Positions 8,157 through 15,857 of a stretch of DNA of 27,058 nt are shown in pieces (position 1 is the first letter of the stretch; every line of letters begins with the position of its first letter). The stretch spans positions 1 to 27,058 of the forward strand of contig RFOJ01000001.1 in assembly GCA_009926705.1 (NCBI GenBank). The letters run 5' to 3'. The notes under the pieces were generated by a model. That model made no database searches, was not told where the DNA came from, and was given only the letters and a program-made list of their open reading frames with translations. Position numbers and translations under genes: made by a program. The stretch is from Acidimicrobiia bacterium (GTDB lineage Bacteria; Actinomycetota; Acidimicrobiia; Acidimicrobiales; Ilumatobacteraceae).

Positions 8157-9119
8157 CTAGAGCGGGCTGCCGTCGGCGCGGGTGTTGGCCCCGCGCTGGG
8201 TGGTGAGCCGGCGATACACCTCGGGTCGTCGGTAGTAATCCAGATCGAACAGGGTGTTCTGGTAGTTCTTGCACCACTCGAGGTCGCATTCAGCGACCAC
8301 AACTTCGTCGCCCGCACTCACCGTCTTAGCGAGGATTTCCCCAGACGGGGCGATGATCTGCGATTCAGCAAGCGAGTCAACGCCTTCTTCGACACCACCC
8401 TTGGCGACACCGACGACGAACGTGCCGTTCTGATACGCGCCCGACTGCATGACGAGCGAATTGTGGAATCCGGCGTGGCGATCCTGGCTCGGGTCGGGGA
8501 TGTAGTTGAGCGGCGTGTTGTAGCCGCAGAGAATGAGTTCGACGCCTTGCAAGCCCATCTCGCGGTACGTCTCAGGCCATCGGCGATCGTTGCAGATCAT
8601 CATGCCGATGCGACCGCCGAACGCGTTCCACACACCGAATCCCTCATCGCTTGGTTCGAAGTAGTAGCGCTCAGCATGTTGGAAAGGGCGATTGGGTTCG
8701 TTTGACGCGTGACCCGGAATGTGCACCTTGCGGTACTTGGCGACGATGGCGCCGTCGCGCTCGACCAGCACTTGCGTGTTAAAGCGGTGTCCGTCAGCAG
8801 TGAGCTCGGCGTATCCGAGACTGAAGCCCACCTTGCGCTGCTTGGCTGCATCGAACAGCGGCTGGGTGGCAGGGGACGGCATTGAGGTTTCGTAGTAGTG
8901 GTCGGCGGTCGCGATGTCGTCGACGAACCACCGCGGGAAGAACGTCGTCAATGCAAGTTCCGGAAACACGACGAGCTGGGCACTTTGGTCGGCTGCTCGA
9001 TGCAACAGTGCGACGAGACGAGCGACCGCCGATTCTCGGCTGTCGGTTCGTTGGATCGGCCCCATCTGTGCAGCAGCGACGCGCACGACTCGAGGCGTTC
9101 CGCGCAATGCGCCTTTCAT
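8157..9119 (-). CDS. N-carbamoyl-D-amino acid hydrolase (DCase-like, nitrilase superfamily)
   Basis: VFPELALTTFFPRW (Glu), YRKVHIPGH (Lys), ICNDRRWPE (Cys), RPFQH..RYFEP and MQSGAYQNG closely match Agrobacterium-type DCase as recalled; GAGG RBS upstream. Confidence 0.9.
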   Translation of the reverse strand: MKGALRGTPRVVRVAAAQMGPIQRTDSRESAVARLVALLHRAADQSAQLVVFPELALTTFFPRWFVDDIATADHYYETSMPSPATQPLFDAAKQRKVGFSLGYAELTADGHRFNTQVLVERDGAIVAKYRKVHIPGHASNEPNRPFQHAERYYFEPSDEGFGVWNAFGGRIGMMICNDRRWPETYREMGLQGVELILCGYNTPLNYIPDPSQDRHAGFHNSLVMQSGAYQNGTFVVGVAKGGVEEGVDSLAESQIIAPSGEILAKTVSAGDEVVVAECDLEWCKNYQNTLFDLDYYRRPEVYRRLTTQRGANTRADGSPL

Positions 9120-9159
9120 GACGCCTCACCACAAGGAAGTGCGAAGGTTGTCGACAACA

Positions 9160-10407
9160 TCACGAGAACGACATTTCTGCAAGCTCTCGCATCGTGTCAA
9201 GTAGCACGTCTGCGCCAGCGACGAGATCTGCTTCATCAGTGTGTTCGGCCACGTTGTGGCTGAGACCCTTGTGACTCGGTACGAAGATCATCGCCGTCGG
9301 GCACATGCGGGCGATCATCTGAGCATCGTGACCCGCACCGGAGGGCATTCGCTGCACGGTGTTGCCTCGTGCTGCTGCGAGACGCTCAACCATCGAAACA
9401 ACACGTTCGTCGAACACGACGGGCTCGAAGCGGGCGAGGCTACGACGCGTGATAGCGACATTCTCGCGCTCGGCAAGTTCGCTGCAGAAGGCGTCGATCT
9501 CGGCCTCCGCTCGCTGCAAGACGAGCTCGTCGGTGTTCCGCACGTCGAGCGTGAGCACCGCCCGGCTCGGCACGACGTTGGTGAGATTCGGATGCAAGTC
9601 GACCTTTCCGACGGTGCAGACCTGATGCCCGCCGAAACGTCCGGCGAGTTCGCGTACGAAGACGGTGAGAGCAGCCGCGGCGTACGCCGGATCGCGCCGC
9701 AGGTGCATCGGGGTGGTGCCGGCGTGGTTGCTCTGGCCTTGGATAGTGACTTCTTGCCATGAGATGCCCTGAACGCCGGTGACGGCACCGATTCGCACGC
9801 CGTTGACTTCGAGGAGCGGACCCTGTTCGATGTGCAACTCGACGAACGCGTGGGGTGCAGCACCAGGGCAGGGCATTGCCCCCAGGTATCCAATTCGTTC
9901 GAGCTCGTCCCCGAGACGTGCACCGTCGATCGCGATGACGTCATGAGCTTCTTCGACCGACATGCCACCCGCGTACACCAGAGAGCCGAGCATGTCGGGA
10001 GCGAATCGTGCGCCTTCTTCGTCGGTGAAGACGCCGACTGCGAGCGGGCGCGAGGGCTCAATCCCGGCATCTTGCATCGTCTCGATGACTTCGAGGCCAG
10101 CCAACACGCCGTAGTTGCCGTCGTACTTGCCTCCGGTGCGAACCGTGTCGATGTGCGATCCGGTCATGACTGGCGCACCGCTGCCGACATTCCAGGTGCC
10201 GATCATGTTGCCGACGGCATCGACGGTGACGACGAGCCCGAGGTCGACCATCCACGAACGAACGAGGTCGCGACCATCTCGGTCAGCGTCGGTGAGTGCC
10301 AGTCGGTTGCATCCACCACCGTCGATGGCACCGACCTCGGCCAGCGCCATGATGCGCTGCATCAGTCGCACACCGTTGACGGAGAGCGCTTGGGTCGTCG
10401 AGCGCAC
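9160..10407 (-). CDS. M20 Zn-dependent N-carbamoyl-L-amino acid amidohydrolase / beta-ureidopropionase / allantoate amidohydrolase family
   Basis: GSHIDTV..GGKYDGNYGV, FTDEEGARF, ELHIEQGP, NHAGTTPM and SGAGHDAQ motifs; GTG start preceded by TAGAAT plus 6 nt. Confidence 0.92.
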   Translation of the reverse strand: MRSTTQALSVNGVRLMQRIMALAEVGAIDGGGCNRLALTDADRDGRDLVRSWMVDLGLVVTVDAVGNMIGTWNVGSGAPVMTGSHIDTVRTGGKYDGNYGVLAGLEVIETMQDAGIEPSRPLAVGVFTDEEGARFAPDMLGSLVYAGGMSVEEAHDVIAIDGARLGDELERIGYLGAMPCPGAAPHAFVELHIEQGPLLEVNGVRIGAVTGVQGISWQEVTIQGQSNHAGTTPMHLRRDPAYAAAALTVFVRELAGRFGGHQVCTVGKVDLHPNLTNVVPSRAVLTLDVRNTDELVLQRAEAEIDAFCSELAERENVAITRRSLARFEPVVFDERVVSMVERLAAARGNTVQRMPSGAGHDAQMIARMCPTAMIFVPSHKGLSHNVAEHTDEADLVAGADVLLDTMRELAEMSFS

Positions 10408-10413
10408 GGAGAC

Positions 10414-10419
10414 ATTCTA
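10414..10419 (-). promoter_or_regulatory. -10 element TAGAAT, leaderless start of the M20 gene
   Basis: TANNNT 6 nt upstream of GTG 10407; no SD sequence. Confidence 0.6.
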
Positions 10420-10441
10420 CGAATGGCAGTATTGAACCTTG

Positions 10442-11791
10442 ATGCGTCACGTTGACCGAGCTCGATTGGCCGAGCTGATGAAGAGCGAGACGCAACGCTT
10501 CGTCGACACCCACCCGAAATCTGCAGCGCATGCGCAGACTGCCGGCGCGCTCGTCGGTGGCGTACCGATGCCGTGGATGCGCCGTTGGCCCGGACCGTTC
10601 CCACTCGTTCTCGAGCAAGCCAGCGGGGCACGGTTCACCGATATCGACGGTCACGAATACGTCGACCTCTGCCTCGGCGATACGGGCGCAATGACGGGTC
10701 ACGCACACCGCGAGGTCGGCGAAGCGGTGAGTCGCCAGCTCTCACGCGGTGCGACCGTGATGCTTCCGACGCAGGATGCCGTGTGGGTCGCCAACGAGAT
10801 GCAGCGGCGCTTCAGTCTTCCAAAGTGGCAGTTTGCGCTGAGCGCCACGGATGCGAATCGTTTCGTGTTGCGATTCGCGCGCGCCATCACTGGCAAGCCA
10901 AAGGTGCTCGTGCACGACTGGTGCTACCACGGCACCGTCGACGAGACCCTCGTCGTTGCCCTCGGTGACCGGACGATTAGTCGCAGCGGCGCAATCGGTC
11001 CGCAGGTGAACCCAGCGTTGACCACCCGCGTGGTGCAGTTCAACGACGTTGAGGGCATCGAGCACGCGCTTGCACACGGTGACGTCGCCTGCATGCTCAT
11101 CGAACCTGCACTCACGAACATTGGCATTGTGCTTCCTGAGCCCGGCTACCTGGCGGCCGTTCGCGAAATCACCCGCAAGCATGGCGTGTTGCTCATTATC
11201 GACGAGACGCACACGATCTGCGCCGGCCCGGGCGGATGTACGAAGGAGTGGGGTTTGGAACCCGACATGTTCGTCATTGGCAAGACCATCGGCGGGGGAA
11301 TCCCCGTCGGGGCCTACGGCATGTCGGCCGAAGTCGGAGAAAAGGTCGAGCAACTGCAATTGAGCGATGGCATCGATGTGTCAGGAGTTGGCGGCACACT
11401 GGCCGGTAACGCACTCTCGATGGCGGCTGTGCGAGCGACACTCACTCACGCACTGCTGCCCGAACAGTTCGTGCGTACCAAGGCTCTCGCAACAGCGTGG
11501 ACCGCCGGCGTGAAAGACGCGTACGAGCGACGCGACTTGGCATGGAGCGTCCAACAACTCGGGTCGCGAGCCGAGTACTGGTTCTGCCCACCGCCGCGCA
11601 CCGGTGCCGACGCAGCCGCTGCCGTCGACCACGACCTTGACGCATTCATGCACTTGTGGGCGATCAACCGCGGCGTGCTGCTCACACCGTTTCACAACAT
11701 GGCGCTCTTCTCGCCGTTCCACGATCAGTCCGACGTCGACCGTCACACTGAGCAGTTCGATGCCGCCCTCACGGCGCTCGTCGGCGCCTGA
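10442..11791 (+). CDS. Class III PLP-dependent aminotransferase (GSA-aminomutase-like fold, probably not HemL)
   Basis: ASGARFTDIDGHEYVD, CYHGTVDE, LLIIDETHT and PDMFVIGKTIGGGIPVGAYG (PLP Lys), GGTLAGN. Start ATG 10442 or TTG 10439. Confidence 0.88.
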   Translation: MRHVDRARLAELMKSETQRFVDTHPKSAAHAQTAGALVGGVPMPWMRRWPGPFPLVLEQASGARFTDIDGHEYVDLCLGDTGAMTGHAHREVGEAVSRQLSRGATVMLPTQDAVWVANEMQRRFSLPKWQFALSATDANRFVLRFARAITGKPKVLVHDWCYHGTVDETLVVALGDRTISRSGAIGPQVNPALTTRVVQFNDVEGIEHALAHGDVACMLIEPALTNIGIVLPEPGYLAAVREITRKHGVLLIIDETHTICAGPGGCTKEWGLEPDMFVIGKTIGGGIPVGAYGMSAEVGEKVEQLQLSDGIDVSGVGGTLAGNALSMAAVRATLTHALLPEQFVRTKALATAWTAGVKDAYERRDLAWSVQQLGSRAEYWFCPPPRTGADAAAAVDHDLDAFMHLWAINRGVLLTPFHNMALFSPFHDQSDVDRHTEQFDAALTALVGA

Positions 11792-11794
11792 GCG

Positions 11795-12526
11795 ATGACC
11801 ACACCCCAGATCATTTGGTGCCTGTCTGTCTTCGCGGCGGCCGCATTCGTGCAGTCGATCGGCGGATTCGGATTCTCGCTGTTCGCCGTGCCGCTGATGG
11901 CACTGTCGATTCCTCTGCCTGAGGCCGTAGTTGCTGGGAGCATCGCCGCATTCGCCAACGTCGTGGTCTTGTCGGCTCGTTCATTGCGCGACGTGGAGTG
12001 GACGGTTGCGCGACGATTCAACCTTCCCGCGCTGGTTGGCATGCCGCTCGGCCTGCTCGTGCTCGTGAGAGTCGATGAATCGGTGTTGAAGGTAGCTCTC
12101 GGTGCGGTCATCATCGTGCTCATCGTGGTGCTGATACGAACGACATCAGCAACACGACCGCGGCCTGTCGTTGAAGTGGTCGCAGGGCTCGCGTCCGGCG
12201 TGCTCGCGACGTCGACTTCCACCAACGGACCACCACTGGTGTTCGCAGCCCAACTGCGCGGCTTGCCGCCAGAAACATTCCGCGCGACGCTCAGTTTCAG
12301 CTTTGCCCTACAAGGGGCGATCAGTCTCGTTGCATTCTTTGCTGCGGGTGAAGCGACACAAGGAGCAGTGTTGCTCGCTCTTGGAGGACTGCCGCTCATT
12401 GCAGCCGGACAGTGGCTCGGCATTCGCACGCGTCCTCGCGTGCACGGCAAGCGCTTCGACCGCATGGTGTACGGACTGCTCGCGCTCAGCGCGGTGTCGG
12501 TGTCGTGGTCGGGGTTCTTCGGCTAG
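11795..12526 (+). CDS. TauE/SafE (TSUP) family permease
   Basis: About 8 hydrophobic segments; QSIGGFGFSL, GMPLG, STSTNGPPLV and FRATL motifs; 3 nt after the aminotransferase. Confidence 0.85.
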   Translation: MTTPQIIWCLSVFAAAAFVQSIGGFGFSLFAVPLMALSIPLPEAVVAGSIAAFANVVVLSARSLRDVEWTVARRFNLPALVGMPLGLLVLVRVDESVLKVALGAVIIVLIVVLIRTTSATRPRPVVEVVAGLASGVLATSTSTNGPPLVFAAQLRGLPPETFRATLSFSFALQGAISLVAFFAAGEATQGAVLLALGGLPLIAAGQWLGIRTRPRVHGKRFDRMVYGLLALSAVSVSWSGFFG

Positions 12527-12554
12527 TCAGGTCTTCTGGCCACCAGTAGTGCGA

Positions 12555-13268
12555 CTACCGCGCAAACCAGCCAAGCCACGCTTCTTTTGACTTCGGCTTG
12601 AACACGGCGTTGCTCGAGCGCACACGCTGCATCGGCGCAAACGGTTCGTGTGAGTACATGTGACCGGGGAAGATGACCGTCTCATCGGGGAGCGATGCCA
12701 GGCGCTGCAAGCTGTCGTACATGTCTTCGGGGTCACTGCCGGGCAGGTCCGTTCGGCCGCAGCCGTCCAAGAACAAGGTGTCACCTGAGACCAATCTTCC
12801 GTCAACGAGAAAACACTGGCTGCCGGGGGTGTGCCCTGGCGTGTGCACGAGCGTGATCGCGATGTCTCCGACCGTGACGATGTCGCCAGGTTCATGAGCG
12901 GCAATCTGCTGCTTTTCGACTCCGGTGACCTTGGAGATCCACTCCACTTCGGCTCGCTGCGCATGGATGGGTACCGATGCCCGTTCGAGGAGACGTTCGA
13001 TTCCCTCAATGCGCATGCCCATCATTGAGCCGCCGACGTGATCAGGGTGATAGTGCGTCGCAAGCACGCCCGTCAATCGCATGCCGTCGGCTTCAATGGT
13101 GTCGATGAGCGAGTCCACGTCGTATGCCGGGTCGACGAGCACACAGTCGCCGGTCTGCCGGTCACCGATCGCATAGACGAAGTTCACCATCTGCTGCGCC
13201 ATCTGGTCGTCTCGAGCAAAGTCTCGGCCAGACAGCAACTGGCGGAAGTAAAAGCGGTCGACTGTCAC
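12555..13268 (-). CDS. MBL-fold metallo-hydrolase, glyoxalase II-like (Rv0634c-like)
   Basis: THYHPDH (HxHxDH), HTPGHTPGS, SGDTLF, GCGRTDLPG and FPGH; N-terminus FYFRQLLSGRDFA as recalled for mycobacterial Rv0634c. GTG 13268 preferred (TAGGTT 7 nt upstream); GTG 13274 is the alternative. Confidence 0.88.
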   Translation of the reverse strand: MTVDRFYFRQLLSGRDFARDDQMAQQMVNFVYAIGDRQTGDCVLVDPAYDVDSLIDTIEADGMRLTGVLATHYHPDHVGGSMMGMRIEGIERLLERASVPIHAQRAEVEWISKVTGVEKQQIAAHEPGDIVTVGDIAITLVHTPGHTPGSQCFLVDGRLVSGDTLFLDGCGRTDLPGSDPEDMYDSLQRLASLPDETVIFPGHMYSHEPFAPMQRVRSSNAVFKPKSKEAWLGWFAR

Positions 13269-13275
13269 TGGCACG

Positions 13276-13285
13276 AACCTACCCT
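13276..13285. promoter_or_regulatory. Overlapping divergent -10 elements: TAGGTT (minus, 13276-13281) and TACCCT (plus, 13280-13285)
   Basis: Each lies 6-7 nt from a start codon (GTG 13268, ATG 13292); the gap is only 23 bp and has no SD. Confidence 0.6.
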
Positions 13286-13291
13286 TGAATC

Positions 13292-14410
13292 ATGTCCGAT
13301 GACTTGATGCAACTGCGATACGCCATCGTTGGCGCAGGCATGATGGGCGTCGAACACATCCACGCGCTGAAGAGTCTCCCAGCCACCGAGGTCGTGGCGC
13401 TGTGCGACCCGCATGCGCCGAGCATCGACGCAGCGGTCGCTGCCCTCGGCTCGACCGGTCGTGCACCGACGGCACCGCAGGTGTACGACAGCGTTGACTT
13501 GTTGGTGGCAGCAGGGGGTTTCGACGTCGCAGTGGTGGCGACGCCGAACTATACGCACCGTGATGTTGTGGCACCGCTCTTGCAGCACGGTGCCCACCTG
13601 TTGATTGAAAAGCCGCTGTGCATCACCACTCAGCAGTGTCGCGAGCTCATCACGCTGGAAGAAACAACGGCCCGGGACGGACGCGTGGTGTGGACTGGTC
13701 TCGAGTACCGGTACATGGCACCGACGATGCGTCTGCTCGAGCATGCCCGAAGTGGAGTGCTGGGCAATCTGCGCATGCTCGCGATACGCGAACACCGGTT
13801 TCCGTTCTTGGTGAAGGTGGGCGACTGGAACCGTTTCTCACGCAACACCGGAGGCACCCTGGTGGAGAAGTGCTGCCATTTCTTCGACCTGATGCGTCTC
13901 GTGCTCGCCGACGAGCCGGTGCGCGTATTTGCATCGGGCGCGCAAGATGTGAACCATCTTGATGAGCGTTACGACGGCGAACAGCCCGACATTCTTGACA
14001 ATGCCTTCGTCATCGTCGACTTCAAAAGGGGTGCGAGAGCGTCGCTCGATTTGTGCATGTTTGCCGAGGCGACGCGTAACGAACAAGAGATTTCGCTCGT
14101 TGGCGACCTCGGCAAAGCTGAGGCGTTGGTAACCGAGAGCGTCGTTCGTCTCGGCTTACGCAAAGACGGTTGGTTCCAGACTCGTGAAGAAGCCGTGACG
14201 GCATCCGATGTGCCCGAAGCAGTACAGCGGCACGGCTCGCACCACGGGTCATCGTGGCGTGAGCACGTTGCGATGCAGCGCGCGATCCGTGACGGCACTC
14301 CCGCAGCCGTCACCTTGCACGACGGCTTCATGTCCGTGGCGATGGGCGAGGCCGCGCACCGAAGCATTGATCTTGGGCGCCAAGTGGCGCTGAGCGAAGT
14401 GCTCGGCTAG
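13292..14410 (+). CDS. Gfo/Idh/MocA family NAD(P)-dependent oxidoreductase
   Basis: IVGAGMMG Rossmann motif, VATPNYTH, HLLIEKPL and LVEKCCHFFDLM. Confidence 0.9.
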   Translation: MSDDLMQLRYAIVGAGMMGVEHIHALKSLPATEVVALCDPHAPSIDAAVAALGSTGRAPTAPQVYDSVDLLVAAGGFDVAVVATPNYTHRDVVAPLLQHGAHLLIEKPLCITTQQCRELITLEETTARDGRVVWTGLEYRYMAPTMRLLEHARSGVLGNLRMLAIREHRFPFLVKVGDWNRFSRNTGGTLVEKCCHFFDLMRLVLADEPVRVFASGAQDVNHLDERYDGEQPDILDNAFVIVDFKRGARASLDLCMFAEATRNEQEISLVGDLGKAEALVTESVVRLGLRKDGWFQTREEAVTASDVPEAVQRHGSHHGSSWREHVAMQRAIRDGTPAAVTLHDGFMSVAMGEAAHRSIDLGRQVALSEVLG

Positions 14411-14414
14411 CGCG

Positions 14415-15857
14415 TCAGAGGAACTTCTCGAGGAACCTGGTGCGCACTCGTGGGCTGCGGCCAGTGCGGGCTTCGAACTTGTCGATCGAGTCAGAGAAGT
14501 TGATGAGTGCGTTCACGCCGAGAAAGCGCAGCGGTTCGGGCTCCCAATCCTGATTGAGGTGACCGACGAAAGGGAGTCGTCGCAATTGGGAGTCGCGACC
14601 GAGCCATTCATCCACCACGGTTCGGGCGAGAAGGTTGGTGCAGGCGACTCCGTCACCTGTGTAACCACCGATACGGGCGTATTGGGCTGCACGGTCGACG
14701 AAGACGAAAGGGGCCCAGTCGCGCGGCACGCCCAGCGGACCGCCCCAACGATGCGTGATCTTTGCTTCGGCAGCGACCGGAAAGTGCCGGGCAATTGCGT
14801 TCACGATACGCACGTGCGTGTCGTCGTCGATGTCGAAACTCGGTCGCACGCGGGATGCAAAGTGGTACGGCGCGCCTCGACCGCCGATGGCAATTCTGCC
14901 GTCGCGCGTCAGCTGCGCATAGATGATCATCCGACCACCGTCGGTGAAGGTGGCGCGCTTCGACCAGTGAAGCTCGTCGAGCACCGCCTTCGGGAGCGGT
15001 TCCGTAGCGACCATCAGCGAATACAACGGAATCATCGTGCGACGCGTCTGGCGGAGAGCAGGGGAGTAACCCTCCGTCGCCTGCACCACGAGCCTGGCTT
15101 GAATCGTGCCGCTCGACTTCGATGCATTTGACGTGTGCGCATTCGCCGCATGCTTCACCACACCGTCGACCACCTGCACCACTGGCGATTCTTCCCACAG
15201 GCGAACGCCGCGACGCCGCACTGCGCGAGCGAGCCCCACGACGAGTGAATAGGGGTTCACGGTGGCGCAATGCGGCGTATAGATCGCACCGTAGGTGTCG
15301 GCGAGACGAACTTCGTCTCGTACCGCATCAGGCTCGATCCAGCGCAGGTCGCTCTCGCTGATGCCCACCTCCTGCTGTGCTCGCACATCACGCTGCAGTC
15401 GGTTGCGCTGCAGCGGAATCGTCGCGGAGGTCAGGGAACCACCGCGATGCCAGGCGCAATCGATGCCTTCTCGCTGAAGCACTGCTTCGATCTCGTCAAG
15501 CGTCGCAAAACTCTCGCGATAGGCGAGCAAGGCGTTGTCCCGGCCGAATTGCGCGGCGAGGTCGGCCGGCGAGAGGGCGAACATGCCGCTGCACCAACCT
15601 CCGTTGCGTCCGCTCGCTCCGAAACCGACTCGGTTCGATTCGAGGACTGCGATCGAAAGATCCGGTCGAGCCAGAGAGAAGTAGTAAGCGGTCCACAATC
15701 CGCTGAACCCGCCGCCCACGATTGCAACGTCGACTTCAGCCTTCGTCGGGGCGCGCTCGACGGACCACTCCGGTGCTACTGCTTCGTGCCAGACCGGCCG
15801 CAGGGCGGCCGCCGAGATGCGTGACGTGGCGCTCGTTTGCTGCGTCAACGGTTCCAC
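14415..15857 (-). CDS. FAD-dependent oxidoreductase, PuuB/DAO-like amine oxidase family
   Basis: VAIVGGGFSGLWTA, GFGASGRNGGW, VQATEGY, THRWGGPLG, GGYTGDGV and WEPEPLR. Start GTG 15857, or TTG 15848 overlapping the esterase stop. Confidence 0.88.
   Translation of the reverse strand: MEPLTQQTSATSRISAAALRPVWHEAVAPEWSVERAPTKAEVDVAIVGGGFSGLWTAYYFSLARPDLSIAVLESNRVGFGASGRNGGWCSGMFALSPADLAAQFGRDNALLAYRESFATLDEIEAVLQREGIDCAWHRGGSLTSATIPLQRNRLQRDVRAQQEVGISESDLRWIEPDAVRDEVRLADTYGAIYTPHCATVNPYSLVVGLARAVRRRGVRLWEESPVVQVVDGVVKHAANAHTSNASKSSGTIQARLVVQATEGYSPALRQTRRTMIPLYSLMVATEPLPKAVLDELHWSKRATFTDGGRMIIYAQLTRDGRIAIGGRGAPYHFASRVRPSFDIDDDTHVRIVNAIARHFPVAAEAKITHRWGGPLGVPRDWAPFVFVDRAAQYARIGGYTGDGVACTNLLARTVVDEWLGRDSQLRRLPFVGHLNQDWEPEPLRFLGVNALINFSDSIDKFEARTGRSPRVRTRFLEKFL

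Noticed and set aside
5679-8705. Long plus-strand ORFs 5679-6908, 6969-7790 and 7929-8705, and similar antisense ORFs elsewhere
   Set aside because: They are antisense shadows of well-supported genes, expected in high-GC DNA, and show no recognisable motifs.
10442-11791. hemL assignment
   Set aside because: HemL-specific motifs are altered and no tetrapyrrole genes are adjacent.
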